Source of the DNA: an uncultured Candidatus Saccharibacteria bacterium
GTDB taxonomy: Bacteria > Patescibacteriota > Minisyncoccia > Portnoybacterales > UBA2143
Assembly (NCBI GenBank): GCA_964403725.1
Contig: CAYOHI010000001.1
Coordinates: forward strand, 46,091-97,979
DNA length: 51,889 bases
Direction: 5' to 3'
The notes below the pieces were generated by a model, which saw only the letters and a program-made list of their open reading frames with translations, was not told the DNA's origin and did no database searches. The position numbers and the translations under genes are program-made. Positions 1-7,756 of this stretch are shown here, piece by piece; within the stretch, counting starts at the first letter, position 1, and each line of letters begins with the position of its first letter.

Positions 1-555
1 ATGGCTAGAAAGAGCAGTTTCGCATCTTGGACAATATGGAACGATTTTAAATCCCTTGAATAGCAAACCTTTATCCCAAACTTTCTTTAGAATATACCAG
101 ACTGATTCGATATAGTGATTCTCATAAGTTACATAAGGATCTTTCATATCTATCCAGAAAGCAATTCGTTCAGTCATCTTTTCCCATTCATCCTTGTATT
201 TCCAAACGCTTTTCTTGCACTTTTGGTTAAATTTAGCAATACCGTATTCTTCAATATCGTCTTTGTTTTTAAAACCAAGTTGTTTTTCTACTTCTAATTC
301 AACTGGTAGCCCATGAGTATCCCAACCCGCCTTTCGATCAACAAAAAATCCTCGCATTGTCTTATATCGCGGGATTATATCCTTAAAAGCTCTGGCTTCA
401 ACATGATGCATGCCTGGTCGGCCGTTAGCTGTTGGCGGACCTTCAAAGAAAACAAAGTTTTTCTTTCCTTTGTTTTTCTTAAGGCTTTTTTCAAAGACTT
501 TATTCTTTTTCCAAAACTTTAATATTGCTTCTTCTATTTTAGGTATTTGTTTCAT
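1..555 (-). CDS. ileS: isoleucyl-tRNA synthetase, 5' part only (runs off the window start)
   Basis: Absent from the ORF track because it has no stop in the window. Reverse translation from ATG 555-553 stays open to base 1: MKQIPKIEEAILKFWKKNKVFEKSL...FFEGPPTANGRPGMHHVEARAFKDIIPRYKTMRGFFVDRKAGWDTHGLPVELEVEKQLG...PYCPRCETALSSH. This is the class I HIGH region and following segment typical of type-2 IleRS. Confidence 0.85.
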   Translation of the reverse strand, partial: MKQIPKIEEAILKFWKKNKVFEKSLKKNKGKKNFVFFEGPPTANGRPGMHHVEARAFKDIIPRYKTMRGFFVDRKAGWDTHGLPVELEVEKQLGFKNKDDIEEYGIAKFNQKCKKSVWKYKDEWEKMTERIAFWIDMKDPYVTYENHYIESVWYILKKVWDKGLLFKGFKIVPYCPRCETALSSH

Positions 556-2069
556 TACATTTTCTTTGGAGCTGAAATTCCCATCAGATCCAAGGTATTC
601 TTTAATATTATCTTTGTTGCTTTAATTAAGCTAATTCTACTTCTAGTAACTTCCTTATCCTCATCCATAACCCTGCAGTTTTCATAGAATTTATGGAATC
701 TATGAGCCAATTCCATGGAATAGTATGGCAGTCTTTGAGTTTGGTAATCCTTGGCTGTATCTTCAACAATTTCAGGAAATTTAATCAATTCTTTAATTAA
801 ATTCAATTCTGACTCATGGGTTAATTTGCTCAAATTACCTTTTTTTTCTTCCTTTGCTTTCCTTAAGATACTGCAAATTCTAGCATGAGCGTACTGAACG
901 TAATATATTGGGTTCTTGTTTGACTGCTCTTGGGCTAGATTGATATCGAAATTCAAATGAGTATTAGCAGATTTCTGTAGGAAGAAAAACCTGGTTGCGT
1001 CTACTCCAGCTTTTTCTAATAGCTCATCCATATATACATAATTACCTGATCGCTTAGACATTCTCTTAGCTTTGCCTTTTTCTAAAATCGTAACAAATTG
1101 ATAAAGTAAAATCTCTAATTTTCCCTTGTGCCCTATGGCTTCTACACCAGCTGATAGTCCTTTAATATCGCCATGATGGTCCGCCCCCCAGATATTTATG
1201 ACCTTGTCAAATTTCTTATCTTCAAATTTGTAATTGTGCAGAGCGATGTCTCCGGCTAAGTATGTCTTGTTCTTATCCTTTTTAATCACTACTCTGTCTC
1301 TCTCATCGCCTAATTTCTTTGCCTTAAACCATTCTGCATCATCTTCTTCATAGACTAACCCTTTTTCTTTCAAAAAATCAAGGATTTTATTAACTTTATC
1401 TGATTTATGCAAATCTGATTCAAAAATCCATTCATCATACTTAATGCCCATCTTATCAGTGGTTTTTTGAATATGGTTTTTAATAATATACTTGGCAGCT
1501 AATTGCCCAGCTTTAAATGGATTCTTTTCTTTAATTTCTTTGTTTAACTTATCAATATATCCTCCCTCATATTTCCCATCTTTGTCTTTTAAGACAGAAT
1601 GTCCAAGAATTAAGATTTGATTTCCAAAGTCATTGACATAGTATGCTTTTTCCGTTTTGAATCCTGCTTTTTTTAAAATATTGGCTAAAACATCGCCATA
1701 TGGTCCGCCTCTGGCATTTCCTACAGTCAAAGGACCAGTCGGATTAGCTGAAATGAATTCAACTTGGACTTTCTTATCCTTTCCAATTGTCAATTGCCCA
1801 TAATTGTCTTTTTCTTTCAAAATTTCAGCTAATTCATTCTGCAAAGCCTTTTTTGATAAATATATGTTAATGAATCCTGGCCCGGCTTTTTCAACACGCT
1901 CAAATAGGTCATTGTCTTTCAATTTATCAATGATTTCATTTGGATCAGTTTTGGTTTTTAGGGCAATATTGGTTGAAAAATCACCGTGCTTTGATACGGC
2001 TGGATGCTCTAAAATGGCATCAGTTTTAACGATATCTTTAATTAATTCCAATATTTCATCTCTTAACAT
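555..2069 (-). CDS. argS: arginyl-tRNA synthetase
   Basis: 504-aa ORF with SANPTGPLTVGNARG (ArgRS HIGH-equivalent region), a KMSKS-type MSKRSG and a C-terminal anticodon-binding-like region. Its stop TAA (557-555) overlaps the ileS ATG by 1 nt (TAATG). Confidence 0.9.
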   Translation of the reverse strand: MLRDEILELIKDIVKTDAILEHPAVSKHGDFSTNIALKTKTDPNEIIDKLKDNDLFERVEKAGPGFINIYLSKKALQNELAEILKEKDNYGQLTIGKDKKVQVEFISANPTGPLTVGNARGGPYGDVLANILKKAGFKTEKAYYVNDFGNQILILGHSVLKDKDGKYEGGYIDKLNKEIKEKNPFKAGQLAAKYIIKNHIQKTTDKMGIKYDEWIFESDLHKSDKVNKILDFLKEKGLVYEEDDAEWFKAKKLGDERDRVVIKKDKNKTYLAGDIALHNYKFEDKKFDKVINIWGADHHGDIKGLSAGVEAIGHKGKLEILLYQFVTILEKGKAKRMSKRSGNYVYMDELLEKAGVDATRFFFLQKSANTHLNFDINLAQEQSNKNPIYYVQYAHARICSILRKAKEEKKGNLSKLTHESELNLIKELIKFPEIVEDTAKDYQTQRLPYYSMELAHRFHKFYENCRVMDEDKEVTRSRISLIKATKIILKNTLDLMGISAPKKM

Positions 2070-2164
2070 ACATTCATCATAGCCTATTTATCCCTTTTTC
2101 TCAAGGATTTGTTTGACATATTCAATTTTTATGATATGTTAAAGAAAATTGAATAACCCAAGCT

Positions 2165-2581
2165 ATGGAGGGAGATATGGTCTCGCAATTGCAGTTCTTA
2201 CAACTCTCCCAAGGCACCATTACAATCCTTAGGAGGAAAATAGAGGAGTCTCAAGAGATTTTTAATATCAAGCTAAACTCGGAATCTGGCGTCAGTATTG
2301 TAATTTACATCGAAGACCCCAAACTTAAAAAAGCTGCTGAAAATCTCAACGAGAGACTCTTGAGAGTTCTCCCTGAAAAGCTCAGGAAAATGGTACATAC
2401 CCGATTCCTGGTCTTTATCAGATCGACAGGATTATTCGATGTCCACGTCGGATTGAACCGCGCCCATACCATGAGCGGTGAGTGTGTCGTAAAGTTCATT
2501 TACGACCAGATGCGACACCGCGCCCAGCCTGGCTATGAATTTATCGAAAAAATAGAGAGAACGAGACCTTGGTGCGTCTAA
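2165..2581 (+). CDS. hypothetical protein (138 aa), GC-rich orphan ORF
   Basis: Open frame ending just before a strong hairpin terminator. The 3' half is visibly much more GC-rich than the flanks. I recognise no family. Confidence 0.4.
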   Translation: MEGDMVSQLQFLQLSQGTITILRRKIEESQEIFNIKLNSESGVSIVIYIEDPKLKKAAENLNERLLRVLPEKLRKMVHTRFLVFIRSTGLFDVHVGLNRAHTMSGECVVKFIYDQMRHRAQPGYEFIEKIERTRPWCV

Positions 2582-2583
2582 AA

Positions 2584-2620
2584 AACAGCCGCGTCCCTAA
2601 GGGACCGGTTGTTTTGTTTT
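2584..2620. terminator. bidirectional intrinsic terminator between convergent genes
   Basis: Hairpin 2584-2613 with core GTCCC-TAA-GGGAC (2593-2605), extended by AACAGCCG/CGGTTGTT with one bulge. A-run upstream and TTGTTTTG downstream. Confidence 0.7.
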
Positions 2621-2633
2621 GTAAATATAAGCA

Positions 2634-4091
2634 TTACATTAGTAAAAAGTATTTTATAGGAACTTTAACAACATCACCAGATAAAGAAAGTTCTGTATTA
2701 GAAACAACCAATCCATAATTGCCCTTTATCTTTTCTAATGAACGTAAAGTTTGATCATTATTTTTAGACCCACATCCAACTTCAATGACGATTTTCCTAT
2801 TCTTTAATTGAATAATAAAATCTGCTCCACCTTTAGCACTATCATAATAAATAGGAGAAATTAGTTTTTGACTAAATTCTCTGTATAAATAAAAAGAAAC
2901 AATGTCTTCTAAATATTTTCCTTTATTTCTCTCAAAAGTTCCCTCTCCTCCTATAATACTTAACAAAGTATGCCTTATAGCAGGTGTCATAAAGCAATAT
3001 TTTGAAGGTTTACGAACTTTCTTATAAACTGAACCATATGGATAAATTCTAATTATCATCTCTGCTTTTTCCAAAGCGCTAAATACATCTATTAACGTAT
3101 TAATAGAAATATCGGTTAGATTTTTAGCTAGACTTGTTATGCTAATCTCATCACTTGCTGCAATCATTAAAAGAATATTCTTTATTTTCTCTATTGTCTC
3201 TGGAGTAAATTTATTTAATTCCAATAAATCTTTATTAATAACCTTATCGATTAATTCATTTGTTAGAGCATGAATTCTGTCTTCATCCTTAATAGCCAAC
3301 GCAAAAGGCATTGTCTTGAACCGTAAATATTTGTCTATTTCTAGTTGATCTATTCCGCTCCAGTAATTATTAACTTTATCTTGTATGTTTTTCAAACTTA
3401 TAAAACATTTATTCGCATTTTCGCTGTAGAAAAAAGCGTTCTTTATTTCTTCCTTCAATCCTTTAATCGGATATTTTACAATAAGATCCTTATTTGAACT
3501 GTTTAAATATTTACTATTTAATAGAACATATTCCCTGAAATTCATTGGATATAATTTTTCAAAAATAGCTCTTCTTGATAAATCAACCGTTGATTGTAAA
3601 GACAAGGCTGATGATCCTGTACATATTACAAATACATTTTTAGATTTATCAAAAATAGATTTTAAAACTGATGGCCAATTCTCATCAAAATGAATCTCAT
3701 CTATAAATAAAAATATATTTCTTTCTAACTTCTCAAAGCTTGTTCCTATCACTTTTTGATACTCCTCCAAAACTGTATATAAATCTGATCTCAATATATT
3801 AACAATCTGATCTACTGATAAGTATAGTAAATCTTTTTGATATTTGGGGAATAATTCAAGAAATAATTGTGCTAGTAAAGTTGTTTTACCTACACCACGT
3901 AATCCAGGAATTACAATCATTCTTATTTCTTTTCGTCCAGAAATAAAATTACTTACATACTTTTTAGCCCTTATATAAATATCCCTTGATATATATTTAT
4001 TACCAAGATCATCTTGTGTATAGCCTTTTAGTAAAGATGGTGCTCGACTTATTTGATTTTGAACATATTGATTTATTTGATTTTGAGTCAT
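2634..4091 (-). CDS. AAA+ ATPase of the AAA_14/DUF4143 type
   Basis: 485 aa with Walker A GLRGVGKTTL and Walker B LFIDEIH. The long C-terminal region has the layout of COG1373-type ATPases (from memory). Confidence 0.7.
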   Translation of the reverse strand: MTQNQINQYVQNQISRAPSLLKGYTQDDLGNKYISRDIYIRAKKYVSNFISGRKEIRMIVIPGLRGVGKTTLLAQLFLELFPKYQKDLLYLSVDQIVNILRSDLYTVLEEYQKVIGTSFEKLERNIFLFIDEIHFDENWPSVLKSIFDKSKNVFVICTGSSALSLQSTVDLSRRAIFEKLYPMNFREYVLLNSKYLNSSNKDLIVKYPIKGLKEEIKNAFFYSENANKCFISLKNIQDKVNNYWSGIDQLEIDKYLRFKTMPFALAIKDEDRIHALTNELIDKVINKDLLELNKFTPETIEKIKNILLMIAASDEISITSLAKNLTDISINTLIDVFSALEKAEMIIRIYPYGSVYKKVRKPSKYCFMTPAIRHTLLSIIGGEGTFERNKGKYLEDIVSFYLYREFSQKLISPIYYDSAKGGADFIIQLKNRKIVIEVGCGSKNNDQTLRSLEKIKGNYGLVVSNTELSLSGDVVKVPIKYFLLM

Positions 4092-4237
4092 ATTTTTTGT
4101 ATTAATAGCTTAATGTAAAGATTCTTATCTCTATATTAACGTAATGATATAGACTTGTCAATACCTTATATTACGGCTTAAAATAAGGGTTTTTAAACCC
4201 TATTTCTATTTTAATATTTTTAAGATATAATAGGAGT

Positions 4238-4687
4238 ATGAAAAATCTAGCAATCAACCGAAGAGCTAAGTTCGATTACAGAATCCTGGAGAAATTCGAG
4301 GCTGGCTTGGTTTTGAACGGCTATGAAGTCAAAGCCGCTAAAAACGGACACCTAAGCCTGAAAGGAGCATATGTCACCATCAATCAGAATGAGGTTTGGC
4401 TGATCAATGCTTTGATCTCCCCATACCAGCCTAAAAACATGCCTGAAGACTATGATTCGTCCAGAAGCAGAAAACTGTTGATGCATAAGAGAGAAATCAA
4501 GAGCCTGATTGGCAAAAGAAAGGGCAAAGGCTTGACTTTAGTGCCGCTTCGGGTCTATACTAAGCACAGCAGAGTGAAGTTAGAATTCGGTCTCGGGCAA
4601 GGCAAGAGACAAATAGATAAAAGAGAAAATATCAAGCAGAGGGAGACAGACCGAAAAATCGAAAGAGCTATGAAATATCGGGGATGA
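4238..4687 (+). CDS. smpB: SsrA-binding protein SmpB
   Basis: 149 aa with typical SmpB sequence: NRRAKFDYRILEKFEAGLVLNGYEVKA...LISPY...RSRKLLMHKREI. It lies immediately next to the tmRNA. Confidence 0.93.
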   Translation: MKNLAINRRAKFDYRILEKFEAGLVLNGYEVKAAKNGHLSLKGAYVTINQNEVWLINALISPYQPKNMPEDYDSSRSRKLLMHKREIKSLIGKRKGKGLTLVPLRVYTKHSRVKLEFGLGQGKRQIDKRENIKQRETDRKIERAMKYRG

Positions 4688-5058
4688 CAGGTATCGATGG
4701 AAGTTCCTTTTTTAATATGCAAGTCGAGCGTAATCTCGCAAAACTTACATACAGATTAAATGCAAATTTATTCTCAAAAGCTAAGAGTGCAGTAGCTTCG
4801 CTATTCGCTGCTCCAGCTTACGCTGTTGCTTAAAGTCAGCAGCCATCTGACTCCTTGACTCCTAATAGGGGAAATCAGGTGTCAACTTATTAGGATAGGC
4901 AATCGATTCGTCTTGGTTGGTTGCTAAAAACTTAAAGACAAAAAATCATGGGTGTTTTGCTTGGTTTTTAACCCTTGATTTTTATCCTAAACCGAGATAT
5001 GCTTGTAGAGTTATTAAAAAATATCTTTCAGACGGGAGTTCGATTCTCCCCTTCTCCA
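4680..5058 (+). ncRNA. ssrA: tmRNA (transfer-messenger RNA)
   Basis: 5' end GGGGATGACAGGTATCGATGG. 3' end has T-arm GGGAG-TTCGATT-CTCCC (5034-5050), then CTTCTCC pairing with GGGGATG (G3:U wobble, one U-U mismatch) and a discriminator A. Internal tag frame 4762-4833 reads ANLFSKAKSAVASLFAAPAYAVA*. CCA is not fully encoded. Confidence 0.85.
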
Positions 5059-5126
5059 CAGAAAAAATAAAGAAAAAATATTTACAAAAAGAGATTTATT
5101 AAAAGAAAATTCGTTCCGCGGACCCG

Positions 5127-5619
5127 GATAAACCATTGGATAAAGATCAGTCCTATCAGGCTGATTGACCAGAATGGCGAAAATGTCGGCGTTGTCGAGA
5201 CTTCTAAAGCCTTGAAGATGGCCCAAGAAGCGGGTCTTGATTTAATTGAGATAGCGCCCAATGTCAGGCCGCCGGTCTGCCGGATCATGGATCACGGCAA
5301 GTTCCAATATCAGAAATCAAAGCAAGAAAGAGAACAGCGCGCCAAACAGAAGAAAGTCGAGACCAAGGGAGTCAGGATCAGCATGAGAACCGGCCAGCAT
5401 GACCTGGACACTAAGATCAAGCAGATCGAAAAATTCCTAGGCAAAGGAGACCGGGTAAAGATCGATATGATCCTAAAAGGAAGAGAGAAGAGCCTGTTCA
5501 TGTTAGCCAAGGAAAAATTGAACGAATTTATCCAATCAATCCCAACAGAAGTGAAGATTGAACAAGAAATTAGAAAACAACCAAGAGGCTTAAGCGTGGT
5601 TGTAGGAAAACAACAATGA
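5127..5619 (+). CDS. infC: translation initiation factor IF-3, with no canonical start and an apparent +1 frame break near 5160
   Basis: Frame containing 5212-5619 reads LIDQNGENVGVVETSKALKMAQEAGLDLIEIAPNVRPPVCRIMDHGKF... (IF-3). It is closed by TAA at 5140-5142 and has no ATG/GTG/TTG before TTG 5212 (ATT at 5164). The IF-3 N-terminus RINHWIKISPIR sits in the neighbouring frame (5124-5159). Confidence 0.8.
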
Positions 5620-5813
5620 CAAAATTAAAAACAAGAAAATCATTACTGACGAGAATAAAGATCACTGGTCGAAAAAAGATTACTAGAAGAAAGATGCACC
5701 AGGGACACTTCAATGCAAAGGATTCAGGCAATCAGACCAGAGGCAAAAGAGGAGATAGCCGGGCATCGTCAGTTGAAACCAAAAAATTTAAGAAAATATT
5801 GCCAAAGATATAA
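5616..5813 (+). CDS. rpmI: 50S ribosomal protein L35
   Basis: 65 aa, very basic (MTKLKTRKSLLTRIKITGRKKITRRKMHQGH). ATGA overlap with infC, in the canonical infC-rpmI-rplT order. Confidence 0.9.
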   Translation: MTKLKTRKSLLTRIKITGRKKITRRKMHQGHFNAKDSGNQTRGKRGDSRASSVETKKFKKILPKI

Positions 5814-5828
5814 ATTGGCTTTTTAAAT

Positions 5829-6173
5829 ATGACTAGAGTAAAAAGAGGCGTAATGGCCAACAAAAGAAGAAAGAAAGTTATCAAGCAGGCTAAAGGATAT
5901 AAATGGGGAAGAAAGTCCAAGTACAAATTAGCCAAAGATGCTGTTAAGCACGCTTTAACTTATGCCTATCGAGACCGCAAGACAAAGAAACGGAATTTTA
6001 GACGTCTTTGGCAGATTAAGATTAATGCTGCAGCTAGAATTAATGACATGACTTATTCAAAATTCATCAACGCATTAAAGAAGAAAAACATTGAGATTGA
6101 TAGGAAAATATTAGCCACATTGGCTGAAAAGCATTCTGAAGTTTTCAAAAGCATTGTCGAGAAAGTGAAATAA
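5829..6173 (+). CDS. rplT: 50S ribosomal protein L20
   Basis: 114 aa beginning MTRVKRGVMANKRRKKVIKQAKGYKWGR, the typical L20 N-terminus. Confidence 0.93.
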   Translation: MTRVKRGVMANKRRKKVIKQAKGYKWGRKSKYKLAKDAVKHALTYAYRDRKTKKRNFRRLWQIKINAAARINDMTYSKFINALKKKNIEIDRKILATLAEKHSEVFKSIVEKVK

Positions 6174-6191
6174 GGATACTTGATTAAATGC

Positions 6192-6218
6192 AAAAGCGAC
6201 CCATTGGGGTCGCTTTTT
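6192..6218. terminator. bidirectional intrinsic terminator after rplT
   Basis: GCGACCC (6196-6202) pairs with GGGTCGC (6207-6213) around a 4-nt loop. Flanked by AAAA upstream and TTTTT downstream, between convergent genes. Confidence 0.75.
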
Positions 6219-6236
6219 GGTTTTTCGTTCACTTAT

Positions 6237-7022
6237 TTATATTCTCTCTTCTTTGCGAATCCAAGGATAAATAACCGGAATAGCCGAAGATCCTGTACAC
6301 CTGAGCATATCTGTCCTTTCTATCCAAACTCCAGGACCTTCAGTCTGGAGTAATATGCCTCCTAAGACTTTTAAAAATCTGCCCTGCGCTCCATAGAGCA
6401 TATATTTCTTTTTTGCCATTTCAACTAAGATCTCTCGGGAAAAATTCAACAAACCACAATATGGGCCATCAACAGAAAAAAGTTTTTCAAAAAACTTAAT
6501 TTCTTTTTGTAGAGCACCCCTAGAGATCAGTGGTTCAATGTTATCCTTTGATACATCATATTCCGATAAAGACCAAACTACAAAATTAGAATCACCGAAC
6601 AACTTCTCACATCTTCTTTCAAAGGAAGAACAATACTGTCTTTTCCTTCGCTCAAACAATTCGGCATTTAATCCAAAGGAATCCATAAAAGGAAATATGT
6701 ATTCTTCAGCATCATTATCCCCTATAACCACATTAATTTCTGTTAATAGGCCAATTTTCATTAAATCTTTTCTCAGTGACAGAATCTTTGTAACTCTCGG
6801 CTCAAACAGATCAGCTGTTGCTTTTGTAGGCATATATTCTTCAGGATTTTTGGAAAATAGTGCTTTTGTGTCGAATTTTGGACAAGCAAAGATACATAAT
6901 TTTAAAAGGCCGTTTTCTTCTAGTTGACTAACAATCATTTTTTTTATGCGTGTATTATCAGGATTATTAGATAATCGATCGTACTTTCTAAGTATTTCGA
7001 CAGCCTTACTTATCCTAAACAT
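6237..7022 (-). CDS. hypothetical protein (261 aa from the SD-supported start; the ORF track extends it to 7154)
   Basis: Long ORF. The internal ATG at 7022 is preceded by GGAGG (7033-7029) with a 6-nt spacer. The 44-codon extension to 7154 is Lys/Arg-rich, lacks an SD and abuts the tRNA-His 3' end. No family recognised. Confidence 0.6.
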   Translation of the reverse strand: MFRISKAVEILRKYDRLSNNPDNTRIKKMIVSQLEENGLLKLCIFACPKFDTKALFSKNPEEYMPTKATADLFEPRVTKILSLRKDLMKIGLLTEINVVIGDNDAEEYIFPFMDSFGLNAELFERRKRQYCSSFERRCEKLFGDSNFVVWSLSEYDVSKDNIEPLISRGALQKEIKFFEKLFSVDGPYCGLLNFSREILVEMAKKKYMLYGAQGRFLKVLGGILLQTEGPGVWIERTDMLRCTGSSAIPVIYPWIRKEERI

Positions 7023-7155
7023 TCTATTCCTCCTTTCCCTGAAATTTTTGACAGTTTTTCTGATTAATTTTAAAAGAACAATTTTAAATAACCTTAGTTT
7101 GTATCTAAATTTACCAAACTTGCTTCTTTTTAATTTTTTTCTTTTGTAACTCATG

Positions 7156-7230
7156 GGTCACCAAGGAGACTCGAACTCCCAACCAATCGCGCCACAAGCG
7201 ATCGCTCTTGCCAATTGAGCTATGGTGACC
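7156..7230 (-). tRNA. tRNA-His (anticodon GTG) with genome-encoded G-1
   Basis: The reverse complement folds as a cloverleaf: G(-1)+GTCACCA acceptor, TA, GCTC/GAGC D-stem, ATCGC-TTGTGGC-GCGAT anticodon arm (GTG), GGGAG-TTCGAGT-CTCCT T-arm, TGGTGAC and C73 pairing with G-1. CCA is not encoded. Confidence 0.9.
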
Positions 7231-7334
7231 GTGTGCCTGGGAGAGATTGTTCTCCCCCAAGATAGTTAATTATGACTTCCCATTCCGCCGAATGATCTGT
7301 GATATGGATTCATTTATCCCTCCTTTTTGGGAAA

Positions 7335-7361
7335 TAAAAAACAGCCGGTTGCTGCCGGCTG
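7335..7361 (-). terminator. intrinsic terminator (minus strand)
   Basis: Perfect 7-bp stem CAGCCGG/CCGGCTG (7342-7348 / 7355-7361) with a 6-nt loop. On the minus strand it is followed by TTTTTT (7341-7336). Confidence 0.7.
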
Positions 7362-7709
7362 ACGTGATAATGAGAAGTATTTTATCTATTCCCTACTTTT
7401 TAGTCATCACGAAATAACCAACAGCGAACTGCGGCATATGATGACTATGATTTTGGGAAAAGATATTTTCCATGTTTTTAGGATATATTATTAATTCAGC
7501 TGTGTCAACCCTTAGAAAGGTTGACAAAATAAGTTGAATATGATACAGTTTATACATAGTACATTTGACTGACCCCGAAGGGAGCAATTCCTTAAAGGGC
7601 AAAAAAGAAGTGCTTTCCAAAAAGTGGGTCCTATTCTTGGGTCCAGCAAAGAGATATATACTCACATAGCAGAAATTTCGGGTTTCTGCTACTCGCTAGT
7701 ACATTCTCT

Positions 7710-7749
7710 TAAATAAGAAACAACAACCCGTTGCGCAACGCAGCGGGTT
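7710..7749 (-). terminator. intrinsic terminator downstream of holA
   Basis: A 9-10 bp hairpin at 7725-7749 (AACCCGCTGCG..CGCAACGGGTT on the minus strand), followed on that strand by TGTTGTTTCTTATTT. It begins 8 nt after the holA stop. Confidence 0.6.
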
Positions 7750-7756
7750 TATGCTT

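Noticed and set aside
2457-2526. A 10-nt direct repeat, ACCGCGCCCA, spaced exactly 60 nt apart, considered as a possible att site or repeat-array fragment.
   Set aside because: There are only two copies, both inside one ORF and both in frame (NRAH/HRAQ). This is more simply an internal protein repeat or chance, and it is mentioned under the GC-rich ORF finding.
7566-7592. GACCCCGAAGGGAGCAA resembles the SRP RNA helix-8 motif (GGUCCGGAAGGAAGCAGC).
   Set aside because: I could not pair the flanks into the required symmetric and asymmetric loops on either strand. A model-based scan would be needed, so it is not called.
7393-7665. A 90-aa ORF (GTG start) between holA and tRNA-His.
   Set aside because: It has no SD, and its amino-acid composition (His/Phe/Ser/Leu-rich, few Lys/Glu) is unlike every confident protein in the window. 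The region is dense in hairpins. It is treated as probably non-coding and discussed in the findings.
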